From contig DASPSR010000055.1 of the NCBI GenBank assembly GCA_035623825.1, positions 1 through 41,995 on the forward strand: 41,995 bases of DNA, in the 5' to 3' direction. Within the stretch, counting starts at the first letter, position 1; every line of letters starts with the position of its first letter. The notes below the pieces were generated by a model that was not told where the DNA came from, did not search any database, and saw only the letters and a list, made by a program, of their open reading frames with translations. A program made the position numbers and the translations under genes. Source of the stretch: Nitrospirota bacterium. GTDB taxonomy: Bacteria; Nitrospirota; UBA9217. This document shows, one piece after another, positions 17,600-27,428 of this stretch.

Positions 17600-19414
17600 G
17601 TGGCTGAATTTCTACACGCCTTCCCTGCATGGTTCCAGCTGGTCTTCCTCGCGATCTGCAGCGGAACCATCATCTGCCGTCTCTGGCTGTTCGACGCATC
17701 AGCAGGCGAGCCTTCCTTTCAGGTAAACATGACCGCCCGATTGTGGCGGCTGTTCAACGCCGGAGTGGCAGTGATTCTCGCATGCAGCGTTGCCGATCTT
17801 TTGATCGGCACCGCGGAAATGAGTGGCAGCACGATCCAGACGCTTTTTCCGCTGCTGCCCACGGTCATGCTGAAGACACACTTTGGGCGCGTCTGGCTCA
17901 TCCGCATGGTGAGTCTTGTGGTGCTCTCGCTGGCTGCAAATGCATGGAAAAAACGCCGCAGTTCACGGCTGCGGTTGTATCTGCTGCTGGGCATCTTGGC
18001 CATTATTGCGATGACCGAGAGCGCCTCCGGACATGCCGCGGACAAAGGAGATTTCAGCTTTGCCGAAATAGCGGACTGGTTCCACCTCCTTGGCGCATCC
18101 GTGTGGGGTGGCGGCCTTTTCGTACTGGCCGGCATCGTTCTCCCGGAACTTACTCGATCTGAGGAAACGTCCTCTCTGCTCGCTTACATGGCGCGCAGAT
18201 TCTCAACTCTTGCGGCTTTCGCCGTCGGCATTGTCGCGCTTACTGCGCTGTGTAATGCGTGGCTATACGTCGGCAGTTTAGAAGCCCTCTGGACAACGCT
18301 CTACGGCTGGATCGTATTCGCCAAGGCCGTCCTATTCCTGCTCCTCATCGCTTTCGGCGTCTTCAACCGCTACGTGAACGTCCCCCTCTTGCTGGACAGG
18401 GCAGGGACTCCTCCGGAGAAGCATCGGACCGTCGAAATCGCCCCGGCTCGTCTTTTCGCCCCCTCGCGGGAAGATCGCGAGGAGAATAGGACCGCGGCAC
18501 GTTTCGTGACCACTGTAAGATTTGAGGCGTTTCTGATGGCGCTGGTACTGCTTGGTGCAGCCTTGCTCAGGCACGAGGCGCCCGCACGCCATGTCCTTCA
18601 TATCGGGCATGCCCTTGCAGGCCCTGATCACGGGATGCACATGCATTATGCCCCCCATCCCGATTCGGCCGTAGTGCGCATTAAAACGGACGCCGCGATA
18701 ATCACTGCCGGGGTCCCCGTCTCGATTAGTATCCGCCTCGAAGACCGGGCAGGCAAGCCCCTCCAGAACCTTACGACCCATCATGAACGCGCGATTCATG
18801 CCGTGATCATCGGCCGGGACCTCTCCGTCTTCGCCCATATTCACCCGGAGGACCTGGGTACGATTACCGGTGAAATGCTGGATACGGCAACGTTCCCGCT
18901 GCGGTACACGTTCCCGAAAGCGGGGACTTATCTTCTGGGGATCGACTTTGCGACGAAAGACGGGATCTACAGCAAAACGGCGAAGCTCAGGGTCTTCGGT
19001 CAGCCCCATATGGGCGAGCCTCAAATCGATTTCTCGACAACGAAGAACTTCGGGCCATACCAGGTAACGCTCAGGACTGCGCCGGAAAGGATCAGGGCAG
19101 GCGAGGAAACGACTCTCAACTATTTTATCCGAATGAGCGGAAAACCGCTGACAGACCTGGGTCCCTACCTGGGCGCAGCCATGCACCTGGCCATCGTTCG
19201 CTCAGACCTCACGCAGTTCATCCATGCTCACGGAGATGTCCCGGAAGGGTCTCAAGATCAAAAGGGCCATATGCACGCCATGCTACCCGAGCAGTTCGGG
19301 CCGGTCATAGATTGCGTTGTTATCTTCCCGGTCAAGGGGACGTATAGAATCTTCAGCCAAGTCAATCACGGAGGAGAGATCCTTCATTTAGACTTCACGG
19401 TGAACGTGGAGTAA
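17600..19414 (+). CDS. copD: CopD-family copper transport membrane protein fused to His-rich soluble domains
   Basis: SGHA, HLLGASVWGGGL, RFS and YG..K motifs; C-terminal HGMHMH, HIHP, YLGAAMH and HAH. Confidence 0.85.
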   Translation: MAEFLHAFPAWFQLVFLAICSGTIICRLWLFDASAGEPSFQVNMTARLWRLFNAGVAVILACSVADLLIGTAEMSGSTIQTLFPLLPTVMLKTHFGRVWLIRMVSLVVLSLAANAWKKRRSSRLRLYLLLGILAIIAMTESASGHAADKGDFSFAEIADWFHLLGASVWGGGLFVLAGIVLPELTRSEETSSLLAYMARRFSTLAAFAVGIVALTALCNAWLYVGSLEALWTTLYGWIVFAKAVLFLLLIAFGVFNRYVNVPLLLDRAGTPPEKHRTVEIAPARLFAPSREDREENRTAARFVTTVRFEAFLMALVLLGAALLRHEAPARHVLHIGHALAGPDHGMHMHYAPHPDSAVVRIKTDAAIITAGVPVSISIRLEDRAGKPLQNLTTHHERAIHAVIIGRDLSVFAHIHPEDLGTITGEMLDTATFPLRYTFPKAGTYLLGIDFATKDGIYSKTAKLRVFGQPHMGEPQIDFSTTKNFGPYQVTLRTAPERIRAGEETTLNYFIRMSGKPLTDLGPYLGAAMHLAIVRSDLTQFIHAHGDVPEGSQDQKGHMHAMLPEQFGPVIDCVVIFPVKGTYRIFSQVNHGGEILHLDFTVNVE

Positions 19415-19473
19415 TTGACCAGATAGTCCGGCCCGGGAAGATGACCTGTGCCGCGGTGAGGTTTCGACGATTT

Positions 19474-19722
19474 TCACTCCTGCTTTTTTTGCACATAAAA
19501 CCATGCCGAGGTCTGCTCATCGTGATAAATCTGATGGGCGCGCCCGTCGCTCCCTCTGACCTTGAAAAATCTTTTTCGCGCCCTGTTCCCCGGGTCTTCT
19601 TCGGTCCATGCGCTGGCGATCTCAACAACCTCGGTTCTCTTCCCATGGAGGGAAAATGTACGCGGGATCTCTTCCCCCCGATACCCGGCATACGCGATTA
19701 CTTCAATCATTTCATCCATCAT
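19474..19722 (-). CDS. Small conserved hypothetical protein
   Basis: AYAGYRGEEIPRTF...FFKVRGSDG...W pattern; GAGGA RBS; follows the radical SAM gene. Confidence 0.75.
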   Translation of the reverse strand: MMDEMIEVIAYAGYRGEEIPRTFSLHGKRTEVVEIASAWTEEDPGNRARKRFFKVRGSDGRAHQIYHDEQTSAWFYVQKKQE

Positions 19723-19751
19723 CTCAGTTCCTCGCGTCTGGTCCTCCCGGT

Positions 19752-20696
19752 TTACACCGTCACGCCGTCAAGCCTGGTAAGGCCGGCCTTCAGCGCGAGA
19801 CTGGCAGCCTCGGTGAATTCCTTGCTTGTTATCCTCCTGCCCAGAGGGGGATGCTCATTCGCCTGATAGCACGGGTGATATTGGTCCATGATGTTGATGT
19901 AGGTACTTTTTGATATCTCCTCGGCGATAAAGCGCACGACCTCCGCGGTCCCGGCAACGTTGTCCGGGAGTACGAGGTGGCGTACGAGAAGACCCCTCGT
20001 CGCGATCCCTCTCGCGTCCATGACAAGGTCTCCGACCTGCCGGTGCATCTCTCTGATCACAGCCTTTGCGACCGCGGGGTAGTCCTTTGCCTTCGAATAT
20101 CTGAATGCCATCGCGGGGTCAGCATACTTGAAGTCCGGCATGTAAATATCGACCACGCCGTCCAGGAGCTGTATCGCCTCGAGCGATTCGTACCCTCCGC
20201 AGTTATAGACGATCGGGATCCTGAGCCCCTTCCCGGCAGCCATGGCGAGCGAACGGAGTATCACCGGCATCTGATGCGTCGGCGTGACAAGGTTGACATT
20301 GTGGCAGCCCATTCCCTGGAGATCGAGCATCACATCCGCAAGCGCCTCGAATGTCATCAAGGCGCCTTCGCCAAGGTGGCTGATGGTCCAGTTCTGGCAG
20401 AAGACGCAGCCGAGGTTGCAGTATCCGAAGAATATCGTTCCGGAGCCGAACATACCCACCAGGGGCCGCTCCTCTCCGAAATGCGGATTCCAGCTCGATA
20501 TGAAAGGCCTGTCGCCCGTTCTGCAGAACCCCCTTTTGCCCGCGGTTCTGTCGACCCGGCAGTTCCTTGGGCACAGGGTGCAGTTCTTGAGGATCGCTTC
20601 CGCCTTTCTGGCCTTGCCGGACAGCACATCGGGAGGAAGCCGGAGATAGGCGGGGATGAAATTTTCCCTTGGTTTGCTGTTGCCTGTTGTATGCAT
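19752..20696 (-). CDS. PflX-like radical SAM protein (putative PFL-activating enzyme family)
   Basis: CTLCPRNC, HFGEE, GSGTIFF, CNLGCVFCQN, NLVTPTH and RHLVLP. Confidence 0.9.
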   Translation of the reverse strand: MHTTGNSKPRENFIPAYLRLPPDVLSGKARKAEAILKNCTLCPRNCRVDRTAGKRGFCRTGDRPFISSWNPHFGEERPLVGMFGSGTIFFGYCNLGCVFCQNWTISHLGEGALMTFEALADVMLDLQGMGCHNVNLVTPTHQMPVILRSLAMAAGKGLRIPIVYNCGGYESLEAIQLLDGVVDIYMPDFKYADPAMAFRYSKAKDYPAVAKAVIREMHRQVGDLVMDARGIATRGLLVRHLVLPDNVAGTAEVVRFIAEEISKSTYINIMDQYHPCYQANEHPPLGRRITSKEFTEAASLALKAGLTRLDGVTV

Positions 20697-20868
20697 GTCC
20701 ACCACTGCGGCGCGTTATCGCGGTACGTTGTATAATTATACATATGAATGATGACATGCTGTCCCGGAAATTGCAAGGGGGAAGGGGAACCTTGTGTTCC
20801 TGACAATTTGTGCGGGTTGTGCGGAGGAGATCTGGTAAGCGGGGCCTCATGGCGGCGGGAGCTGTGTG

Positions 20869-21047
20869 ATGATCAGGACCGGGTGTTGCGGGTTTCCCGT
20901 GTCACGAAACCGGCATTTCGGGCTTTTTCCAGCGATCGAGATCCAGCAGACTATCAGCCCCCGAGGGTCAAATTGGCGGAGAAGCGGAAACGGGAAGCCC
21001 CGGCGGATTTTGAATACGCGATGAAGGCATGGCAGCTCAAGGCGTAA
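20869..21047 (+). pseudogene. DUF72-family N-terminal remnant (frameshifted and truncated)
   Basis: MIRTGCCGFPVSRNRHFGLFPAIEIQQ in one frame continues as YQPPRVKLAEKRKREAPADFEYAMKAWQL in another, with the junction near 20951, then stops at 21047. Confidence 0.75.
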
Positions 21048-21059
21048 GGGAGGTGCTTC

Positions 21060-21305
21060 GTGATCGTATCAAATGAAGAAGTAAAAGAGTTGACCGCCGA
21101 AATACCCGAAGGGCACAAACATGTGAGGACCACGATCGTACTCCGGGACGGACAGGAGATCACGTTCCAGGAAGCCACGATGGCGAACCTCGTTCGGGCC
21201 TACATTTCCGTCAAGACCCATCCGCAGTTGACGAAGATGCGGCTGACAGGCAAGAGATTGCAGGCGAAAAAAGACGGCTACGCGGAATGGCAGCTGGTGG
21301 AATGA
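21060..21305 (+). CDS. Conserved hypothetical protein (81 aa)
   Basis: GGAGGT RBS; EIPEGHKHVRT...FQEAT...HP...GYAEWQL reads as a compact protein. Confidence 0.8.
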   Translation: MIVSNEEVKELTAEIPEGHKHVRTTIVLRDGQEITFQEATMANLVRAYISVKTHPQLTKMRLTGKRLQAKKDGYAEWQLVE

Positions 21306-21473
21306 AGCCAGTGAAGGATGAGAGGCGGCTTTCGTTCCGTATCTCGATGCCTGCCCAGGGTCCGATGGCCTGTCTCATCGCTGCCCCTCATCAATCACCT
21401 TGCCATCGGCATCGGACATCTGATATCATGGACCCGGAACATGCATCATACATCCTGCAAAAGGAGCCGGACC

Positions 21474-22061
21474 ATGGAACCTATCGGAAAGCTTCTCGAG
21501 AAAATCATAACGCATTACGAAAAAAGGGACTACGGCACTGCCGAAAAGGCGGCAGATGCATTGCTCGCCACTCATCCGGACCTTCACCGCGCACAGTTCC
21601 TGAAGGCGGTGATCCTTGAAGAGACCGGGAGGGCCGATGAGGCGGAAATGCACTACGCCAAGGCAGGGAACAAGTTCACCCTCTGGGTCCGCCTTGCCCT
21701 GCAGCTTCACGACGTTGACCCAGAGAGGGCGCTCACGTATTACGATCGGGTGAGCAGGATCGATCCGCAGAACAACCTGGTCTGGTTCAACCTGGGGAGC
21801 CTGTATGAAAAGATGGGCCGCATCGACAAAGCGCGGGCGTGCTTCAGAAACCTTTCCCCGGCGAGGGAAATCCTCTCGAGGATATTCATCCCCCTGGGCT
21901 TCATGATCTTCCTGGTCAGCGGCGCGATCATGATGATTCATCGGGGCGAAAAGGCCCTCGCCTCGCTGGTGGCGGCCTCAGCGGTCTTCTGTCTTTTCTG
22001 GCTGAAACGGGATGCAGGCAAGGCCGTTCAGATGGCGGTGAAGAAGAACAAGTATAAATAG
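21474..22061 (+). CDS. TPR-repeat protein with two C-terminal TM helices
   Basis: AAGGAG RBS; TPR pattern (DPQNNLVWFNLGSLYEKMG). Confidence 0.8.
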   Translation: MEPIGKLLEKIITHYEKRDYGTAEKAADALLATHPDLHRAQFLKAVILEETGRADEAEMHYAKAGNKFTLWVRLALQLHDVDPERALTYYDRVSRIDPQNNLVWFNLGSLYEKMGRIDKARACFRNLSPAREILSRIFIPLGFMIFLVSGAIMMIHRGEKALASLVAASAVFCLFWLKRDAGKAVQMAVKKNKYK

Positions 22062-22094
22062 AAGCTGCTGATGAAGCGGACTGACAATTGACGC

Positions 22095-22658
22095 ATGACG
22101 GACAAGGGCAAGAGACTCCAGGACATCGCTGAAGAAATCGAGCGCTGCCCCCTCTGCAAGAAAGGCGGCACAGGGAAGGCGGTGCCGGGCGAAGGGGATC
22201 CCGATGCAAGGGTCGTTCTTGTCGGCGAGGCGCCGGGGAGCGCGGAGGCGAAGAGCGGCCGGCCCTTTGTCGGGAGGTCTGGAAAGTTCCTTCGGCAGAT
22301 GATTAAAGAGGCGGGGCTGGACGAGAACGAGTTCTTTATCACCAGTCCGGTCCACTATCTTCCGCTCGCCGGCACCCCCTCAAGTGGATCGGTCATTCAC
22401 GGCAAAGAGCATTTATCCAAGCAGCTTTCCATCATCGATCCGGACATCGTTGTCCTTCTCGGGAACACGGCATGCCGCGCCCTCCTCGACCAGAAGGTTG
22501 AAACGACAAGGGAGCACGGCAGGACCGTTCAGAAAGACAGAAGAACATATCTTATTACCGTTCATCCCGCCTATGCAATGCGCTTCCCGGGCGGGAAGGA
22601 GAAGTTCATTCGCGACTTCGAGAAGTTACGAGGGATGATGAAATCCTTGCGTTCTTGA
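22095..22658 (+). CDS. Uracil-DNA glycosylase family 4-like protein (variant motifs)
   Basis: CPLC, GEAPG, GRPFVGRSG, LLGNTA and HPAY. Confidence 0.88.
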   Translation: MTDKGKRLQDIAEEIERCPLCKKGGTGKAVPGEGDPDARVVLVGEAPGSAEAKSGRPFVGRSGKFLRQMIKEAGLDENEFFITSPVHYLPLAGTPSSGSVIHGKEHLSKQLSIIDPDIVVLLGNTACRALLDQKVETTREHGRTVQKDRRTYLITVHPAYAMRFPGGKEKFIRDFEKLRGMMKSLRS

Positions 22659-22765
22659 CCTTTCCCTGCGCGCTGTATGGTTTGTATTGTCCGGCGGAAT
22701 ACAGATCTGGAGCTCATCGCTCTGCTTGAGGTCACCTCATTGGAAGAACTTGTTTCAGACGAGGG

Positions 22766-23161
22766 TCATTTCTTCGGCGTGGACAGATGGAAGAAGCGGG
22801 CGATGTCGTATCGCCGATCGGCGAACCAGCGGTAAAAGACTCGCCCCAGCGTTTCCGCGCCCGGCAGCTTGAAGAGAACCGCCGCGGCCCGGTACCGCCT
22901 GAGTCGCTTGAAAATCTCCGGCAGGGCTTTTTCGCCCGCAAGCACGGTCCCATCGGGAAGCACGAGGTGCATCGCCCGCATGCACGCATCACGTTCCACC
23001 GAGGGGAACCGCTTCAGGCCTTCAGATTGACAGGGCAAGAGCTCGAAGGAACCTTCCTTCTCATTTTCTTCGATCCATGCCACGGTCGATGAGCATATCG
23101 GGCAGCTGCCGTCATAGATCAGAGCTGCTTTCCTCTTCCCGGCGTTCTCCGCGTGTGTCAT
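22766..23161 (-). CDS. DCC1-like thiol-disulfide oxidoreductase (DUF393)
   Basis: YDGSCPIC (DxxCxxC) and YRWFADRRY. Confidence 0.88.
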   Translation of the reverse strand: MTHAENAGKRKAALIYDGSCPICSSTVAWIEENEKEGSFELLPCQSEGLKRFPSVERDACMRAMHLVLPDGTVLAGEKALPEIFKRLRRYRAAAVLFKLPGAETLGRVFYRWFADRRYDIARFFHLSTPKK

Positions 23162-23258
23162 GCTTGTGCCTCCGGGTCATATTTCCCATGCGGCGGCTTC
23201 TGCACATCCCGAACGAGCCTCAGGGTGCCGCATACCCCGCAACTCTGCATCACGGTCC

Positions 23259-23720
23259 TCACCGTTTTTCATATGCGGCGAGGGACAGAGCGCGTTTCCC
23301 CTGCCATCGGCAGATGTTTTCTGCCGCGATTTCCGCATTCTTGCGCTGCGCCGTCTTTGTTCTCGTGAACCCGAGACTCGTAAAATACCGGTGCATTCCC
23401 GCCTCGGTATATACTGTCCTCAGCGGAGCATATTCGATCAGATGACGGACTATGGAGGCGCCGATGCCGCGCCGCCTGCCATCCTCGACGATCGTTGCGC
23501 AGCCTGCGTTGCCATCAGGCGTTTTTTCCAGAATGCCGAAGCCGATGATCCGGTCTTCTTCGGCGGCAACAACGACGTCGGACTTCGCGAGGTCGCGCTC
23601 CTCCCTCCTGCTCCGTTTCAGATAGGACCATACATCTACCAGGTCAGACTCCGTTGCATGCCGGATGTAAACGGTCTTTCCGGTGATGATCGAAATTCCT
23701 GTGACGCGGGGATTCGGCAT
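23259..23720 (-). CDS. GNAT-family N-acetyltransferase (ArgA-like fold)
   Basis: RRRGIG acetyl-CoA motif and YFTSLGF; GGAGG RBS. Confidence 0.8.
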   Translation of the reverse strand: MPNPRVTGISIITGKTVYIRHATESDLVDVWSYLKRSRREERDLAKSDVVVAAEEDRIIGFGILEKTPDGNAGCATIVEDGRRRGIGASIVRHLIEYAPLRTVYTEAGMHRYFTSLGFTRTKTAQRKNAEIAAENICRWQGKRALSLAAYEKR

Positions 23721-23868
23721 GCCGACCTCCCTCCCCCCCTGCCTTCGTCCGGGCCTTTCGCGAGAAAGAGAACATGATTACGGACAGCGGACAAGGACAT
23801 CAGAAAGTGACATTATTTGGGATCGTCATTTTCTTCTTGCCCGCTGTCATTTACAGGCCGCGGTGAAA

Positions 23869-23965
23869 GCGAGGAAAGCCGAGACCCTCGCAAGGAACCG
23901 TTTCCTTCGTCAGTTCGGCCGTCCCCTGCCGGCCGAAAACCCGTCCTTGTGGAGGGTTTGGCTTT
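23869..23965 (-). other. Densely structured leader region (candidate cis-regulatory RNA)
   Basis: Three adjacent hairpins closed by AAAGCC/GGCTTT, plus a competing GCGAGG/CCTCGC stem; lies between a promoter and the GNAT gene. Confidence 0.4.
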
Positions 23966-23991
23966 AACGGGACAAATTTAATCCTCTTTTA

Positions 23992-24020
23992 TATATAGCT
24001 CCATCCGGACATAATGTCAA
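23992..24020 (-). promoter_or_regulatory. Sigma70-type promoter
   Basis: TTGACA-17 nt-TATATA on the minus strand. Confidence 0.6.
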
Positions 24021-24329
24021 GGAACAGGGGCCGTATCCGGCAGGAGAAGATAAAAGAGTCGGGCTCGGAACGGAACAGAGGAAAGGCTCCGTCATGTAAA
24101 ACGGCGCTTGGGACGCGCGAACGATCATCTATATCCTTGATTTTGCCCAGGACTTGTAGTACTTTCATCAGGGAACCGGCAAGCTGAGAACGTGGTTAGC
24201 GCACTGCGCCTGCGACGCACGCGGGACGGCACATCATCAATTCCCGGATTGATACGGACAGTGACAGACGGACCGGTTGTACGGGAGACCGCAAAGAGCC
24301 GTTTGGAGAAGGGAGTGGGGATCCGAGCC

Positions 24330-26195
24330 ATGAAACAGGAGCCTGTGAGTGGGGAAATACGGCCTCATGTGGTATCGGCCGTTGTCCTCGTCGTCGCCGT
24401 TTTCGCCGTCTATGCCAAAGCCCTGGGGCATGATTTTCTCCTCAATCTGGACGATGGCAATTATGTGGTCGGGAATGATGCCGTACGCGGATTCACCCTC
24501 GATCACCTGAGGGAAGCTTTCACCCGCTTCTACGTCGGTAACTACGCGCCCCTGCACATCGTCTCCTACATGGCTGACTACACTCTGTGGGGCCTTCGCC
24601 CGGCAGGATTTCTCTTTACCAATGTGCTCCTCCATGCCCTAAACGGCATGCTTTTCTATCTCTTCCTGGAGCGCCTGAGCGGGAGGAAACTCTGGGGGTT
24701 CCTTGCTGCGTTCATATTTCTATTCCATCCCGTGCAGGTAGAATCGGTAGCCTGGATATCTCAACGCAAGAATCTTTTGGCGATGTTCTTCTTCCTGGCC
24801 GCCTTTCATTCCTACTTGTCCTATCGAAACAAGGGGACAGGGCAGGGAAGGCTGTTCTACGTCATCTCTGTGGCAACTTTTGTCTTGTCACTTCTCTCAA
24901 AATCCGTCGCTGTGATCCTGCCCGTCGTTCTTTTGCTGTTCGACCTTTGTTATGTGAAAAAGGACGAACGCGGCAGATGGCTGGCGGACAAGATCCCCTA
25001 CGGGATTGCCGCGGCTGCCATTGCCGTGATCGCCGTCATAAGTCAATCGCCCGCATTGGGCGGCGGACGGGTATCCTATTACGGGGGAACCCCGATCTAC
25101 ACCGCGCTTACAATGCCCACGGTCTTCGTCCGTTATCTGGCGCTGCTGCTCTGGCCGGCGCGTCTGAGCGCGCTTTACCTGCCGCCGCTCAAGACCGGCA
25201 TTGATTTAGCGGTCCTGTTGTCTGCCTCCGTGCTCGTTCTCCTGGCCGTTCTGGGTTGGGGTCTGTATCGCCGGAAGAAGGAGCTCTTCTTCTGGTTCGG
25301 CCTGTTCTTTATCGGGTTCCTGCCGGTTTCCCAGATCGTTCCCCTGGTCACGCTGATGAACGACCGCTATATGTATTTCCCGATGCTTGGGGCGGCCGCA
25401 TGCTTAAGCGCCATGGCGCTCTCCGTCATCGACGGACTCACCGGCTATCGGCGTGCAGTGGCCGCGGGAGCCCTTTCCCTCCTGCTTGTTTCCCTTCCCT
25501 GGCGTTCGTGGGAACGTCTTGCGGTATGGCGCAACGACGTGACCCTCTGGACCGATACCGTTGCCAAGGAGCCTGATTCCGAGGACGCCTGGTATAATCT
25601 CGGGAAGTCCTACAGCGACGCCGGTCAGAAGGATAGCGCGCTCGCAGCCTATTCCCGGGCGCTTTCGATCAATCCGACCGCGAAGGACATCTTGAACAAT
25701 ATCGGCGGTATCTACATGGACAGGGGGGAAATTCTCACGGCCAGGCCCTTTCTCATGGAGGCCGTATCGTATGACCCCGGGTATTTTCCAGGTCTCATGA
25801 ACCTCGGGAAGAACTATTATCTCTCGGGAGAGCTCAAGAACGCAGAGGCGACCTTTAAGAGGGCCTTGGCGCTCCAACCGCGATCAGCGCGCGTACTGGC
25901 CTCTCTGGGCGACGTATACCTCGGCATGAGAATGCTCGACGCCGCGGCTCTGTATTATCAAAGGGCCGCTGAACAGGGCGGATGGAACGCATATCTTGAA
26001 TTCAGGCGGGCCGGCCTGGAAGCGCTCTCGGGCCATTCCGCTGAAGCGCTGATGCACCTCGAAGCCGCTCTTCAAATGGGCTATAGGGATCTGGAGAACA
26101 TCAAGAGGGATCCCGCGCTTGCGTCGCTGCGGCCGCTTCCGGCTTTCCGCCGGCTCTTGAAGGCCTATTTCGGAGAAGCTGCCAGCGAAAGATGA
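24330..26195 (+). CDS. TMTC-like GT-C membrane glycosyltransferase with C-terminal TPR repeats
   Basis: NLDD, YAPL, HPVQVESVAWISQRK, DRYMYFP and W.....LW motifs, followed by TPRs. Confidence 0.87.
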   Translation: MKQEPVSGEIRPHVVSAVVLVVAVFAVYAKALGHDFLLNLDDGNYVVGNDAVRGFTLDHLREAFTRFYVGNYAPLHIVSYMADYTLWGLRPAGFLFTNVLLHALNGMLFYLFLERLSGRKLWGFLAAFIFLFHPVQVESVAWISQRKNLLAMFFFLAAFHSYLSYRNKGTGQGRLFYVISVATFVLSLLSKSVAVILPVVLLLFDLCYVKKDERGRWLADKIPYGIAAAAIAVIAVISQSPALGGGRVSYYGGTPIYTALTMPTVFVRYLALLLWPARLSALYLPPLKTGIDLAVLLSASVLVLLAVLGWGLYRRKKELFFWFGLFFIGFLPVSQIVPLVTLMNDRYMYFPMLGAAACLSAMALSVIDGLTGYRRAVAAGALSLLLVSLPWRSWERLAVWRNDVTLWTDTVAKEPDSEDAWYNLGKSYSDAGQKDSALAAYSRALSINPTAKDILNNIGGIYMDRGEILTARPFLMEAVSYDPGYFPGLMNLGKNYYLSGELKNAEATFKRALALQPRSARVLASLGDVYLGMRMLDAAALYYQRAAEQGGWNAYLEFRRAGLEALSGHSAEALMHLEAALQMGYRDLENIKRDPALASLRPLPAFRRLLKAYFGEAASER

Positions 26196-26331
26196 TCCGC
26201 GCAGGGGGGACATGCTCGCGTCTGCCCGATCTTCTCGATTCCAAAGACCGGCGGGCCACGGTCGCCCTGGAGCCGTCCGCCCATAATCCGTCAGCTGCCG
26301 GTCTGGACTCGGGTTCACCGGAGCACGTCAA

Positions 26332-27243
26332 TCAGGAGCTCGCCGTTTGTTCCTTCGGGATGGCCACGCTCCTGAGCGCGTTCATGGGGCCAAAGGCTTT
26401 AAGTCGCGCGAGCTGCCGTCCATCCCGGACATAGAGGGATCCGGCAAAGGCGAGGGAGTTGAATGAAATATCCTCGAAATGCTCCCTCGACCGCGGGACG
26501 AGCATCATCCACTCGCGCGTCACGAGGAGGCAGTAGGGCATGGATTGGCGAATGAGGCCGGTTTCCGCTGGAGCCGTCATGCCGACTCTCTTCAGCATGG
26601 CAGAGTAGAGTTTGAAGGTCTCTTGTGCTGCGCGCCCCGGGTTGGAAACAAGATCCCGGTCCAGGCGTACAAAGGCATGGAGGAAGGGAAATCCCGGCAC
26701 GAGGCCCGGGTCGCCCGCTTCGGCAAGCAAGGGCTCGATCGGGACTGACGGACCGACCGGAGCCATGGGGAGGGGCACCATCTGGAGGTGCTTGTGCTGC
26801 TGGCTTGCTCCAGCCTCGCGGCCGCCGTTGTAGAAGCCGAGACCGTCGTATTCGGCCATGCAGAGCCAGAGAGCCTCGAGGTCTTTCAGGTTCAGCAGGG
26901 TGTCCTGATCCTCGAAATGCCGGGTGATGATGAGCAGGTGGCGTTCCATCACATTGAACTTGTTCAGGATCGCCTGGTGCGTATCCGTGATGGAGGCGAC
27001 GACGAGGTCGTCCTCAGGCGGGAGAAAAACGTTCGCATTCTTCCCTGACACGGTCGCCGCCTCTTGCGCCTTCCGCGCCTCGTCTTTAAGCCGCAGACTC
27101 GCCAGGACCCTGACGAAGAACCGGATCCCGCCGTCCTCGATGAACGTATAGTCCGTGGGGACCGGCCTCAGCGCGCCGGTTCCAAGCGCGTGATCCGTGG
27201 CCCTCTCGATGCTCCTAAGCAATGTCCCTTTCACGAGAAGCAT
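26332..27243 (-). CDS. ATP adenylyltransferase / Ap4A phosphorylase
   Basis: LNKF, FYNGGREAGASQQHKHLQ (HxHxQ), VPRS and NSLAFAG. Confidence 0.9.
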   Translation of the reverse strand: MLLVKGTLLRSIERATDHALGTGALRPVPTDYTFIEDGGIRFFVRVLASLRLKDEARKAQEAATVSGKNANVFLPPEDDLVVASITDTHQAILNKFNVMERHLLIITRHFEDQDTLLNLKDLEALWLCMAEYDGLGFYNGGREAGASQQHKHLQMVPLPMAPVGPSVPIEPLLAEAGDPGLVPGFPFLHAFVRLDRDLVSNPGRAAQETFKLYSAMLKRVGMTAPAETGLIRQSMPYCLLVTREWMMLVPRSREHFEDISFNSLAFAGSLYVRDGRQLARLKAFGPMNALRSVAIPKEQTASS

Positions 27244-27428
27244 GGTTGAACTCCCGGTGGAGCGCAGATGAACAACAGGAATGTGAAAACGTACAGAGAA
27301 GGGGATTATAGCATACGATGGGGAAAAAGCGAACAGGGCGACGCGCGAATCAGATGCATGGCCCTACTGAGGATCCCCGGAGCGGCCGGACAGGCGTCGG
27401 GCTCAATGGAGAGATTTGCCATCTTTTG

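Noticed and set aside
22740-22768. TGA stop of the DCC1-like gene followed by CCCTC-GTCTG, resembling the SECIS-like spacer
   Set aside because: GTCTG is offset by one base, no hairpin with a GGWCC apex follows, and the TGA is not in a Cys motif. Treated as an ordinary stop.
23892-23913. CTGACGA followed by a stem on the minus strand, resembling a hammerhead ribozyme core
   Set aside because: The required GAAA after stem II is absent.
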